Positions 40,777 to 50,886 are shown, counted from the first letter of the stretch. The stretch is 64,000 bases of DNA from Candidatus Parvarchaeum sp. (GCA_049965555.1 JBMFWF010000001.1:64001-128000), one strand, 5' to 3'. Program-made: numbers and translations. The notes: generated by a model from the sequence alone, not told the origin.

Positions 40777-42642
40777 TTATTCCTCCTCTCCTGAAGACGT
40801 ATCAGATTCTATCTTGCTTGATATGACGTCTCCCTTGCTAAGGCTTTCCTCCACGTTTGCCTTGACCTCTTCCTTCTTCTTTTCAAGAAGGCCTTCTATC
40901 TTTGCCTTTATTTTTTTCTCCTCTATGTCTGTCAACTTTGAAAGTGAGTATGCGAGCTCTACACCATACTTGTCGAACAGACTTATCCTCTCCTGGAACA
41001 AACTACTTTTGTGCTTTCTATTTAGAAATACCGAAAGATTCCTGACAAGCTCCTGCAGTGCCAGTTTTATTTCTTTTATTATAATCGGATAGCTGGCGAC
41101 CGAATTCTTGCTTTCATTTGTGTATGGAACCCAGACAGACGCTATGTGAATTATGAAGACCAGAGGACCGATCGGCACCTTGCTTTCTACCTTCAAGCCA
41201 TAACGAGCATAGTCTACTCCCAAAAAGCTTTGAGTCAATGCGCATGAAGAAGAATCAAACAACAAAGGTATCTTGTTGGCGAACCTCATCAGAATTGCTT
41301 TATCATTTTGTATTTTCCCGCCATATGCTGCAGCAACCTCTATCTGGAAAGGCATTCCCCTATAAACCTCCGGTTTTCTTGTGACTGATTTGACAAACTC
41401 CGGTGAATATTCTTTTTTCAGGCTTTTTTCGAGTTCTTCTCCGCCTATTGGAGACAAGCAGTCTGTCTGCGGCCTCATCAAGTCTAGAGACTGAAGGGCT
41501 TTCAGTATTGAGTTTGCCTGGGTCCTATCAATATCCTGCGGTTTTGCTTTAGGATCTATCCCTGCGCTTTTTAATGTCTGTTCTGCAACTGCCCTGCTTA
41601 CCCTGGAAAGTTCGTTCTCCAAAACCGATGCAACGGTTCTTTCTGTTGAATTCTTAAGGATCCTCATGAATATGCCTATTTCCAGTCCTTCTGGATGCGG
41701 CTTTATCGACAAAGGCTCTTTTGGAAGAGTATCTATTACCCTCTTATAGGTTATCTTTTCGCCATTTGGGTTTGTGTATATCAATGTCGCATGTGGATTG
41801 ACTAAAGCAGTCCTTCTAACATATTCATCCAACCCCTTATTTCCACTTATATAAAGGCCTTCTATCTCTAATTCTATGCTTGTGCCTGACTCATAAGGAT
41901 AATCTTCATCGCTCTCTTCCAAAACCTCTGGTTCATTTTTGAGAATGTTAATCTGAACTTTCATCATCTTTGCCTTCTTTGAGCTTTTTATCTTTGATAT
42001 TATCTTTGCCGGCTTGCCGGTAGTAAGCTGAGAATAAAGAACAGCGGAGTGTATGCCTATACCCTGCTGGCCTCTGCTTTGCCTCATGGACTGGAACTTG
42101 CTTCCATAAAGCATCCTGCCGAATATATCAGGTATCTTTGAAGAAAGGATTCCTGGCCCGTTGTCCATTATCTTTATGAGGAAGATAGGGGCATTCTTCT
42201 TTAGTCTTAGTTGCTTTCCATTCATGAGCACCAAAAGCTTACCATTGTTTTCTGATATGTCGAAAGTTATGTCATCAAATGAAATGCTTAGCTTGCCGGC
42301 CCTTATCTGCTTTGATTCGCTTTTCCCCTTGTAAAGAACTGTAAATTCATTTTTCCTAACTATTAATTGCCCTACGTTCTGCTTTTCATCGAGCATCTGG
42401 TAATTGTCGCTCAATGCCTTAACGTCTATCGTTATCTCTGGCAGGGTCACCTTTTCCTTGTTCTTTTCCTGCATGTGACCAAGTTCTTCGCAGGCGTCTA
42501 ATGAGTTGTCAACTGCTTCCTTTACACAAGTAAGCAATGCTTTTTGCTTATTGTCAAAACCAAGAAGATGCCTGTTTTTCTCGAAGAATTCTGTAACGCT
42601 AATTGCCCTTTGTCCCTTTGCAAGTTCTTCAGCGATTTCCAT
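40777..42642 (-). CDS. top6B: DNA topoisomerase VI subunit B (with insertion in the GHKL domain)
   Basis: EFFEKN, KEAVDNSLDA, DNGPGI, SRGQQGIG, RFANKIPL. Confidence 0.96.
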   Translation of the reverse strand: MEIAEELAKGQRAISVTEFFEKNRHLLGFDNKQKALLTCVKEAVDNSLDACEELGHMQEKNKEKVTLPEITIDVKALSDNYQMLDEKQNVGQLIVRKNEFTVLYKGKSESKQIRAGKLSISFDDITFDISENNGKLLVLMNGKQLRLKKNAPIFLIKIMDNGPGILSSKIPDIFGRMLYGSKFQSMRQSRGQQGIGIHSAVLYSQLTTGKPAKIISKIKSSKKAKMMKVQINILKNEPEVLEESDEDYPYESGTSIELEIEGLYISGNKGLDEYVRRTALVNPHATLIYTNPNGEKITYKRVIDTLPKEPLSIKPHPEGLEIGIFMRILKNSTERTVASVLENELSRVSRAVAEQTLKSAGIDPKAKPQDIDRTQANSILKALQSLDLMRPQTDCLSPIGGEELEKSLKKEYSPEFVKSVTRKPEVYRGMPFQIEVAAAYGGKIQNDKAILMRFANKIPLLFDSSSCALTQSFLGVDYARYGLKVESKVPIGPLVFIIHIASVWVPYTNESKNSVASYPIIIKEIKLALQELVRNLSVFLNRKHKSSLFQERISLFDKYGVELAYSLSKLTDIEEKKIKAKIEGLLEKKKEEVKANVEESLSKGDVISSKIESDTSSGEEE

Positions 42643-43144
42643 TAAGATACACCTCTACTTTCTTTTTGTTTATCATCGAAAACACATTATCATGTTTTGC
42701 GCCATTTAAAATCATTTCTATTGCAGACTGTGCAATAGATATATTCTGTATCTGTCCGATAATACTTATAGTTTTCCCATAAACATTTATATAACAAGAG
42801 GTTTCCTTCATTAGCCTTTGTTTTATAATTCCCCTTGTGCCTATTACCCTTCCTTTTAGCTGCATCGCCCTCTTATCGGAATTGCTGTAATCCCTTAGGC
42901 TTATCACTACAAGATCATAGTCGTCATCCAATAACAAAGCTGCAATTGCAGCATCAAATCCCCTATTAAAAGCGTTTACTACGTTCTTTGCAGACAAAAC
43001 TTCCAAAGCACTCTTTCCGCTTACATAAGCAGTATTGCCATCTACTTCAAAAGTAACTCCGTGCTGCTTAATCTTTTCAAGCAGTTTTTTCTGCCTTACT
43101 ATCTCTTTCGCCTTCCTCCCATTCATCAATATCTCGTCTTCCAT
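42629..43144 (-). CDS. KH-domain pre-rRNA processing protein (Pno1/Dim2/Krr1)
   Basis: RGF, KGRVIGTRG (GxxG), VYGKT.SIIG, GAKH..V. Confidence 0.9.
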   Translation of the reverse strand: MEDEILMNGRKAKEIVRQKKLLEKIKQHGVTFEVDGNTAYVSGKSALEVLSAKNVVNAFNRGFDAAIAALLLDDDYDLVVISLRDYSNSDKRAMQLKGRVIGTRGIIKQRLMKETSCYINVYGKTISIIGQIQNISIAQSAIEMILNGAKHDNVFSMINKKKVEVYLNGNR

Positions 43145-44722
43145 CTAAAGCTCCTTTGACATATACCACTTATATCTTTTATACCCCAAACTTCTGTAAT
43201 ACTCTCGCACTCCCACACCTGATATAACATTTATCTTATTTATTGAATACTCTTCTTTAGTTATTCTTTCTGCTTCGTACAACAGCTCTTTGCCGAAGCC
43301 CCTGTGCTGGAACGCCTTATCATTGCTTTCATTTATATTTAAATGTTCGCCGTAAACATGTAATTCCCTAACAAAAGATTGATTTGAATTATCAGGTATT
43401 CTTAACCTTAGGAATGCAATTATGGCATCGTTATTTATGTCGTCTATGCTTAGAAAAACCTCATCTCCGTTTGCAGATCTGTAGTTTTCTCTGTTTAATT
43501 CTATCTTCATTGGCTTAGAAAGCTTTACGTGTCCAATCTCCCTGCTCCTTATATCGTTCGCCTTTTTCCCCATCTCTGCTATTTTCATATCAATAAGCTG
43601 CCTAAGATTTGTTACTTTTATGCCGTTTTCTATGAATGTCGAGGGGATATCCCTCTCAATCCTCATTATCCTGAGCCATTTAGGAGCATTTATCTCAGCT
43701 TCTGCTATTAGATCAACAACATGCTCAATTGGATAAGGTTTGTAATTACCCCTCTTCCACATCTCATACAAGCCGGTTCCACGTATGACTAATGTAGGGT
43801 ATATCTTTATTGCGTCAGGTTTGAAGTCTTCATTGTCGTATATCTGCTTTATTGTTTCTTTGTCTTTTTCTTCGTCTGAAAATGGGAGATTAAGCATTAT
43901 GTGATAATCTACTTTGTATCCATAATTTTTTAACCTTTTGCTTGCATCAATTACATCTGCTATAGTATGTCCACGATTGTTCTTAAGCAATACACCGTCA
44001 AAAACACTTTGAACTCCCATCTCAACCCTTGTTATGCCGAAATCCAGCATCCTTTCTATATCCTCATTTGAGCACCTTTCAGGCTTTGTCTCTGCAGCAA
44101 ATGCAACACACCTTATCTTTGCGGTTTCATTAAACTTTTTCTGCTCCTCAAGCTGACCATCAACCTTTTCACCATAGAACTCGTTCATTGCCTTATAAAC
44201 ATTTTTAACATAATCATTTACATACTCCTTTGGCAAAGTTGTAAATGTTCCGCCTATTACTATGACTTCTATTTTCTGCGGGTTGTAACCCATAAAAAGG
44301 TAATGCTTCAGCCTTGCAGTTACCTGTTTGTATGGATCATAATTGTTCATCAATGCTCTCCTAGCCGCAGGCTCAAATCCTGTATAGCTCTGTGGCGTGT
44401 TGAATTTTGTGCCGCCTGGACAGAATATGCAGGTACCGTGCGGGCAATCGTATGGCTTTGTCATTATTGCAACAACATTCACTCCAGAAAGTACCCTTAC
44501 AGGCTTTGAAACCATAATGTTTGCGTATCTTTCCCGTTCTTGTTGTGAAAAATAATTCAGTATCTCACCGTTCTTTGGTATATTGCTTATACCAATCTCT
44601 CTGCAGACCTCTCTCTTTAAAATAAGAAGCTCTTTTTTGTTCTTTATACTGCCTTTTTCTAGCTCTTTTTTGAATAGAGGCATAAAATTCATTAGATTTT
44701 CTTTTTTATTGTAATAATCCAT
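43145..44722 (-). CDS. elp3: tRNA U34 carboxymethyltransferase Elp3 (radical SAM + GNAT)
   Basis: CPHGTCIFCPGG, KIYPTLV, VRELHVYG, QHRGFG, ISGVGVREYY. Confidence 0.96.
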   Translation of the reverse strand: MDYYNKKENLMNFMPLFKKELEKGSIKNKKELLILKREVCREIGISNIPKNGEILNYFSQQERERYANIMVSKPVRVLSGVNVVAIMTKPYDCPHGTCIFCPGGTKFNTPQSYTGFEPAARRALMNNYDPYKQVTARLKHYLFMGYNPQKIEVIVIGGTFTTLPKEYVNDYVKNVYKAMNEFYGEKVDGQLEEQKKFNETAKIRCVAFAAETKPERCSNEDIERMLDFGITRVEMGVQSVFDGVLLKNNRGHTIADVIDASKRLKNYGYKVDYHIMLNLPFSDEEKDKETIKQIYDNEDFKPDAIKIYPTLVIRGTGLYEMWKRGNYKPYPIEHVVDLIAEAEINAPKWLRIMRIERDIPSTFIENGIKVTNLRQLIDMKIAEMGKKANDIRSREIGHVKLSKPMKIELNRENYRSANGDEVFLSIDDINNDAIIAFLRLRIPDNSNQSFVRELHVYGEHLNINESNDKAFQHRGFGKELLYEAERITKEEYSINKINVISGVGVREYYRSLGYKRYKWYMSKEL

Positions 44723-44762
44723 ATGATTTATAATTTATAAAAGCTGGATATATAAATTATAT

Positions 44763-47700
44763 ATGAACAATAAAGCGCAGATGATAACTATATTCTTTTC
44801 CCTGTTTCTCATACTTGCAATTATAACAATCTTAGGGATAGAATCTGCAAACCTTAATACTAATGAAAATATAAATTCACTTATACAAGCTTATAATTTA
44901 CCTAAACTTGAGTACTATAATTTTCTGAATGTAATATCAAAGATATCAACCATAAACCCTTCAAATGCTACAAATGCAATTTTCAATTCAACAATAGAGG
45001 GGATATACAGCAAACTTTTTCAGAATCTTAATATAACAAACCAAGGAGTAAATACAAGCAGTGTAGTTATAAGCAACTTCGGGCAAAGCATACCTCTATT
45101 GATAACAAACTATCAAAATATAGCTACACCCAATCCTTTCCAACAGATGATAAACATCTCAGTTTCTTCAATTGACAATTACATTAACACTACCTCTTTC
45201 GGTCAAAATGTGGAGTTTGTATACAATAATAATAGCATCATACCTTCTTGGCTAGAATCTTACAATTCAAAGTATGCAATTTGGTGGGTGAAGATACCCT
45301 CTATACCTGCAAAGGGAACGCTTACAATATACATGAAATTTGCAAGTAAGAAAACAAATCTGTTAAACAATAAAACTACAGGTGAAGCTCCTCAGCTCTC
45401 TCCAATATATGGTGAGTATGATGACGGTGCTAATGTATTTTTATCATACGGGGACTTTTTAGGTACAGCTGGGTTCGATGGCTGGACTCCTTATGTAACT
45501 TCTGGCAAATTTACTCCAGTTGCTACTTCAAATGGAATAGAAATGACAAATGACACAGTGTCAGAAGGAACACATATCCTGCCCCCTAACTCTTTGCCGG
45601 AAGAGCCAGTAATAGTCGAGTATTCATGGAACTTTTATGGAGGGACTAGTCCTACAGACGGAGAGATACTATCTTTGTTTGGAAATTTAAATTCTTTAGT
45701 AGGGCCGCCGGTTGTTACGTGCGGTGGTGGAAATATTGCATCATCAGATTCAGTTATGTTAATGGTTGAACCAATTGGAATGAATTGTAGCGGCAAGTAT
45801 ATCCCAGCTATACTTGATAGCAAGAATAATGCGATAATATCTACGATAAATAATTTGCCTTCAACAACTCCGCAAGTTTATACAGAAGAATTGATAATAA
45901 GCAGCAGTACAACTGCAGAAGCAGGGGTAATAAATCAATCTTCCTCTTTAAGTAATTTCTCTCAAGTGAATGTTCCCATTACAATGAGCGGTTCTATTCC
46001 ATATGCATTTAATTTTCCTACTTTAATGGTTGCAGCCGGCACCGGTGGCGGTTATGATTATAATTATGTTAAATGGGTAATGGCAAGAGCTTACCCACCA
46101 AACGGAGTTATGCCAACCGTGCAGATACTAAATGTTCCTCCAAACATAGGGTATATAGCACCATTGACTATAACTAATCATCAGAATACTGCAACTCCAA
46201 ACCCCTTCCAGCAAGAGGTTGTAATAAATGCTAGTAGGTACTCTGCTATAGAGGCACCAAACCTAGATAATATAGAATTTTTCTATCCTAACGGAACAAT
46301 AATACCCTCTTGGTTAGAAAATGGTAGTAGATCATCAGAAAATGCGGTTTATTGGCTTAAGATTGGAAGTATACCTGCAAATTCATCGATAAATGCATTT
46401 ATCGGTTTTGCCTCGACTAACTTAAATCTTTTCAATGGAAAAACTGTGGGAGAAGCCCCTCAGCTCTCTCCAACATACGGAGAGTATGACGACGGAGCAA
46501 ACGTGTTTATTCATTATGGTGGAGGGGGTAATACAGGGTGGAGTCAATTTACCTATGTGGGCGGAACTTGGACAACAGCGAATGGTTACTTGCAACAAAC
46601 CGCAACAGGCGGTAGTTATAGTGGAGGGCCAACGGCATTAATCGAAAGTGCTTCTTATTCAAATACCGGGCAATATATTTTAGGGATGGCTTTCAATTAT
46701 ACAACTGAAGCAGACGCAAGAGTCGGAATTATTGCAGTAGCAACACCAACAACAACCCCAGATACTTTTGGTTATAGATTTATAGGACAACAAGGTAGTA
46801 ATGGGGCCGGATTTTTGTCATTTTTAAATGACGAGGTTGCGTGGGTTGTAGATAATACCTATCAAGGCGCGGTTTCAACCCCTTACACTATGGTTATAAC
46901 TGATAATGCAGGAACTTGGAGTGGAAATCTTTATTCAGGGTATGAAGAAAGCAGTTCTCCATTAACTTCTTTATCGCCAACTTCATATACTACAGCAAAT
47001 GCCGAAGGCGCAACAAGTGGATATGTTGGCATATCTGCAGCATATTGTGGAAGCACATGCACGACGGCAAACCCTATAAATGTTATGTGGTTTTATATGC
47101 GTGCCTACCCGCCAAACGGAGTTATGCCATCTACAAGCATAGGAGATATACAAAACATATATCCATTTGAATACCAGTATTCTGTGGCCAACTTCACAAA
47201 CTCCACAAGTATATCAGTTCCAGGTACTGCCAGCACAGGAAAAATATGGAACGGAGGTCACGCATATACATTGACAATGTGGGTCAAAATGCAGCATGCA
47301 TACGGAAGATGTGGTTATCCTTGTAGTGATCTATTTCAAACTAATCAGGGCTGTACTTCTGGATTAGAGCAGGATCCATACAATGCAACCGGGTATCAAG
47401 TAAATCTTTTGGAGTGGAATTCAAGCTGCGGAACCGGAGCAACAGCAGAAGGTTCTCCTTATCAGTATGTTCCTTATGGAAAATGGGAACTTATAACAGG
47501 GATATTCAAGTATAACTCCCAAGGAAATGCATGGATAGCGTCATGTGTTGATACCCACTGTACAAACAGTACTTGGACATTAACCGAGCCAGCGGTTTAT
47601 TCTACCCCTGCAACAATTCTTGGATCACAACAAATTAATGGAAAGGTAGCTGATGTACAGATGTACGATAGTACACTGACTTTAAATCAAGTTAATCAAC

Positions 47701-47840
47701 TGTATAAAGAGTTCATAGGTGCTGAACCTGTATCTAATTCAACCCTTGTGGCGTGGATACCTTTGGATGGAAACGCATATGATGACAGCGGGAATGGAAA
47801 TACAGCTTCTCTGTCTTCTGTAAACTTTTTGTATCCCTAA
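44763..47840 (+). CDS. Large surface protein: class III (pilin-type) signal-like N-terminus, two DUF2341-like repeats, C-terminal LamG/ConA-like domain
   Basis: MNNKAQ+hydrophobic helix; repeated TPNPFQQ...IPSWLE...GEAPQLSP.YGEYDDGANVF...RAYPPNGVMP; terminal G.VADVQMY...L...QV..LY...LDGNA.D.SGNGN; N/S/T-rich. Confidence 0.8.
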   Translation: MNNKAQMITIFFSLFLILAIITILGIESANLNTNENINSLIQAYNLPKLEYYNFLNVISKISTINPSNATNAIFNSTIEGIYSKLFQNLNITNQGVNTSSVVISNFGQSIPLLITNYQNIATPNPFQQMINISVSSIDNYINTTSFGQNVEFVYNNNSIIPSWLESYNSKYAIWWVKIPSIPAKGTLTIYMKFASKKTNLLNNKTTGEAPQLSPIYGEYDDGANVFLSYGDFLGTAGFDGWTPYVTSGKFTPVATSNGIEMTNDTVSEGTHILPPNSLPEEPVIVEYSWNFYGGTSPTDGEILSLFGNLNSLVGPPVVTCGGGNIASSDSVMLMVEPIGMNCSGKYIPAILDSKNNAIISTINNLPSTTPQVYTEELIISSSTTAEAGVINQSSSLSNFSQVNVPITMSGSIPYAFNFPTLMVAAGTGGGYDYNYVKWVMARAYPPNGVMPTVQILNVPPNIGYIAPLTITNHQNTATPNPFQQEVVINASRYSAIEAPNLDNIEFFYPNGTIIPSWLENGSRSSENAVYWLKIGSIPANSSINAFIGFASTNLNLFNGKTVGEAPQLSPTYGEYDDGANVFIHYGGGGNTGWSQFTYVGGTWTTANGYLQQTATGGSYSGGPTALIESASYSNTGQYILGMAFNYTTEADARVGIIAVATPTTTPDTFGYRFIGQQGSNGAGFLSFLNDEVAWVVDNTYQGAVSTPYTMVITDNAGTWSGNLYSGYEESSSPLTSLSPTSYTTANAEGATSGYVGISAAYCGSTCTTANPINVMWFYMRAYPPNGVMPSTSIGDIQNIYPFEYQYSVANFTNSTSISVPGTASTGKIWNGGHAYTLTMWVKMQHAYGRCGYPCSDLFQTNQGCTSGLEQDPYNATGYQVNLLEWNSSCGTGATAEGSPYQYVPYGKWELITGIFKYNSQGNAWIASCVDTHCTNSTWTLTEPAVYSTPATILGSQQINGKVADVQMYDSTLTLNQVNQLYKEFIGAEPVSNSTLVAWIPLDGNAYDDSGNGNTASLSSVNFLYP

Positions 47841-48961
47841 TCGTTTAAGATAAAACTTGCAGTCTTTTCTCTGTTAAAAGGGATTAAGTCATCGTAACCC
47901 TGGCCGGTTCCTAAAAACAATATCGGTTTTTTGGTAACATAAGATATTGAAAGGACAGCTCCTCCTTTTTTGTCCACGTCTGCCTTTGAAAGAATGTTTG
48001 CATCTATCCCTATTTCTTTGTTAAATACTTCAGCCTGCTTGACTACATCATTCCCTGTCAAGGCATCACCGACAAAGATTGTAAGATCTGGTTTGCTAAC
48101 TCTTTTTACCTTCTTTAATTCTTCGATTAGATTTTTGTTTATATCGCTCCTTCCTGCAGTGTCAATCAATACAACGTCTTCTTTCGCTGAATTTGCGTGT
48201 TTTATTGCATCAAATGCAACCGCTGCCGGATCAGCACCGTATGTATGCTTTATTATTGGAACGTTTAACCTATTTGCATGTATCTCCAATTGCTCTATTG
48301 AAGCGGCACGGAATGTGTCCCCTGCGGCTATTACCGGCTTCAACCTATTTGAAAGAAAGAATTTGCATAGCTTTGCTATTGTAGTGGTCTTTCCTGCCCC
48401 ATTTACCCCTATTACTAGAATTATAAAAGGTTTCTTGTTTCTTATGTCCGATAAGAACTTTTCCTTATCATATGCAATTAAAACGCCTTCTATGCTTTCC
48501 TTTATTGCATCTGAGATGTATTTTTTGTTTCCAAAAACAGAAATATTCTCACCGACCAGCTTGGCCTTTAACTCTTTTTCTATGCCTTCAAGAACTGACA
48601 ATGCAACGTTGTTTTCCAGGAGAGCTGATTTTATCTCAGAGTAAATCATTTCAACGTCTTCATCTGTTATATAATGCGATAGAATAGATCTCTTTTTTAC
48701 AGGCTTTTTTTGATCGATTTCTGTTTCTTTCTTTTCTTCGTGCTTAAGCTCTAAAACTTCTTTTTTTATCTCCTGGATTTCTTCCTTTATTTCTTTTTTA
48801 TCCTCAGGTAATATCTCTTTCTTAAGTTCGGATTTATCCTGTTGCAATATCTTTTCTTCCTTTTTCTCCTCCTCTAAGATATCCTTTTCCTCTTCTTTTG
48901 AAAGTTTTTTCTGTATTGAACTTATAGAATCTTTTATTTTTTTCTTTATTAAGTCAAACAT
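47837..48961 (-). CDS. ftsY: SRP receptor FtsY
   Basis: GVNGAGKTT, DTFRAA, DTAGR, GTGQ. Confidence 0.97.
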   Translation of the reverse strand: MFDLIKKKIKDSISSIQKKLSKEEEKDILEEEKKEEKILQQDKSELKKEILPEDKKEIKEEIQEIKKEVLELKHEEKKETEIDQKKPVKKRSILSHYITDEDVEMIYSEIKSALLENNVALSVLEGIEKELKAKLVGENISVFGNKKYISDAIKESIEGVLIAYDKEKFLSDIRNKKPFIILVIGVNGAGKTTTIAKLCKFFLSNRLKPVIAAGDTFRAASIEQLEIHANRLNVPIIKHTYGADPAAVAFDAIKHANSAKEDVVLIDTAGRSDINKNLIEELKKVKRVSKPDLTIFVGDALTGNDVVKQAEVFNKEIGIDANILSKADVDKKGGAVLSISYVTKKPILFLGTGQGYDDLIPFNREKTASFILND

Positions 48962-48968
48962 ATTTCTA

Positions 48969-49391
48969 TTATCTTAATGAATTTTGGTAGCTTTCATAAA
49001 GCTTATTTGCTTCTTCTTCTAGCTTTGTCCCTCTCTCCTGTAAAACCTGTATTGTCTGGGCTATCGAAGAGATATTTCCACTTACTTCTTTAAAATCGCT
49101 TTCTAGCTTTGACTTTAATTCTTTGAATGAAAAAGACTTAAAGATGTTGCTTCCTATGCTGATTATTGCACTATCAAGCTTATTGATGCTGCCTTTTATA
49201 AAAATGTCCTGTGCATAAGGTATCAAAACATCGCTGTTTTCTTTTAAGGAATTCAAACCATCCAAGGCCCTTGCAATATTGTCTTGCGTCGCCTGGAGAT
49301 TATTGAGAACATTTATGTAATTTTCAAGCTCTCTTCTTATATACTCTATTTCCATCAGCTGATTGCTCAGCTTTTCCTCATCAATTTCCAT
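48969..49391 (-). CDS. pfdA: Prefoldin alpha subunit
   Basis: Coiled coil, beta-hairpins (LIP...F.KG...SIGS), coiled coil; conserved position before ftsY. Confidence 0.88.
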   Translation of the reverse strand: MEIDEEKLSNQLMEIEYIRRELENYINVLNNLQATQDNIARALDGLNSLKENSDVLIPYAQDIFIKGSINKLDSAIISIGSNIFKSFSFKELKSKLESDFKEVSGNISSIAQTIQVLQERGTKLEEEANKLYESYQNSLR

Positions 49392-49655
49392 TTACTGGCC
49401 CTGCTTTACAAGATTCACTGTGACTATCTTTTTATCGTCTTTTGAGCAGATTACTCTTATCTTTGTTCTAGGGTCTTTCATCCCTCTGCTAAATATTTCA
49501 TTGTTTACGTCTTGACTTATTTTAACATCATCTGCCTTCATGTGCCTTTTTATGAAGGCCCTCAAGTACTTTGCAGCAGCCGCGGCCCTTTTGTAAGGAG
49601 GTACCTTCTCTATGCCTCTGCGCATATTTACCATCAATATTTTTTGCTCTGCCAT
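49392..49655 (-). CDS. rpl31e: 50S ribosomal protein L31e
   Basis: KRA..A...LR.FI.RHMK...V.I...VN..IF.RG. Confidence 0.95.
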   Translation of the reverse strand: MAEQKILMVNMRRGIEKVPPYKRAAAAAKYLRAFIKRHMKADDVKISQDVNNEIFSRGMKDPRTKIRVICSKDDKKIVTVNLVKQGQ

Positions 49656-49656
49656 T

Positions 49657-49803
49657 TTATCTACCAACGTTCTTATTCATTCTTGACCTGTCCATTTTTC
49701 TTGTCCCGTATTTCCTTATCTGCGCAAATACAGGTGGGCGACTCGTCTTCCTAGCATGTCTTATCAATGCTCTTTTTTTGTTTGCCGATTTATTCCTTGA
49801 CAT
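49657..49803 (-). CDS. rpl39e: 50S ribosomal protein L39e, divergent (not in ORF track)
   Basis: MSRNKSANKKRALIRHARKTSRPPVFAQIRKYGTRKMDRSRMNKNVGR; syntenic between PDCD5-like and rpl31e. Confidence 0.85.
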   Translation of the reverse strand: MSRNKSANKKRALIRHARKTSRPPVFAQIRKYGTRKMDRSRMNKNVGR

Positions 49804-49805
49804 AT

Positions 49806-50093
49806 TTATTTGTTCTCAAACTTTATTTTTTGTTCTTTTTTTGGTTGTGCTATAGTCTGCAGCAGTTCTTTCAACCTTTCATCATCTATGACAGATTTAA
49901 GCCTTCCTGTTAAAGCAGACTGGATAAGCATGTTTTCTACTTCTTCTGCCAACTCAGGATGGGCATACCTTAAGTTTCCAAGCCTCTCTCTCGCTTCCTT
50001 TGTGAGGAACTTCACAAGAATCTCTTGCTTCAACTGCTCCATCTTCTTTCTCTGCTCCAATTCTGAAAGATCGTTTTTATTCTGATATTCCAT
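49806..50093 (-). CDS. PDCD5-family DNA-binding protein
   Basis: LT.EARERL..L....PE.A..VE..LIQ....G...I.D..LKELL. Confidence 0.93.
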   Translation of the reverse strand: MEYQNKNDLSELEQRKKMEQLKQEILVKFLTKEARERLGNLRYAHPELAEEVENMLIQSALTGRLKSVIDDERLKELLQTIAQPKKEQKIKFENK

Positions 50094-50523
50094 ATTTTTT
50101 CGCGGTTTCCATCGCTGCTTTGTCTGTAAATGCTATTCCTTTCGGAGTAAGCGTCCTGCCGAAATGATTCTGTACCTTTACTTTCTTAATCAGCTCTGCC
50201 TTCTCTAATTCCTGCAGTATGTGCCTTATTATTGCACCGCTTGCAGGCTTAAAATGCTTGCCACTGTATCTATTCTTTTCCTTGTCCCCATAGATATTTC
50301 TTAAACGATTTACTCCTATAGGTTTTTTATTAATGTACATCCTCCTCATTATGCTTGCCGCTCTAAGGTACCACCAGTTATCCTGGGAAGGCACCCTGTC
50401 TTTTGCTGAACCTGTTTTCACAAACATCGCCCATTCCGGTGGTGGCGTTAATTTTTCTTCCTCTAGCTTCTTTGCAAGTTCATTCACCAATTCTATCTGA
50501 TTTACGTCATATCCTCTTATCAT
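50077..50523 (-). CDS. rps19e: 30S ribosomal protein S19e
   Basis: PEWA.FVKTG, WWYLRAAS, SGAIIR..LQ.LE. Confidence 0.96.
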   Translation of the reverse strand: MIRGYDVNQIELVNELAKKLEEEKLTPPPEWAMFVKTGSAKDRVPSQDNWWYLRAASIMRRMYINKKPIGVNRLRNIYGDKEKNRYSGKHFKPASGAIIRHILQELEKAELIKKVKVQNHFGRTLTPKGIAFTDKAAMETAKKYGISE

Positions 50524-50800
50524 ATTTTACCTTTCTAACATTTCCACAATTTAAGCATTTATAGGTTAAAAAACCTTGCTTCAACCTAACCCTGCAGTTA
50601 ACTCCAGGTATAAGTAATCTATTACAGCTTCTACATATTAAAAACTTTTCCTCTTTTGGCAGTTTTATCTTTTTAGAGGTCAGCATTCTCTTAGCTATGT
50701 AAGCATACCTGTCTGAGAGGGCTTTATTCTTCCTTGCTTCCCTCATCAAGTAATCAAAATCCCTTTTGAATCTCTTTTCATCTTTAATATGCACTGCCAT
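50507..50800 (-). CDS. rnp4: RNase P protein component 4 (Rpp21)
   Basis: RY, CRSC...LIPG...VR...CLNCG zinc ribbon. Confidence 0.9.
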   Translation of the reverse strand: MAVHIKDEKRFKRDFDYLMREARKNKALSDRYAYIAKRMLTSKKIKLPKEEKFLICRSCNRLLIPGVNCRVRLKQGFLTYKCLNCGNVRKVKYDKRI

Positions 50801-50886
50801 GCTTGAATATTATCATTAATCTTTTATTAATAGTGTAATTTTGGTAAAAATTCAAACTTAAAATAATTACAAACTTTACAATCATA

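Noticed and set aside
44763-47840. Diversity-generating retroelement target
   Set aside because: No reverse transcriptase in the window, and the repeats do not show adenine-specific TR/VR mismatches.
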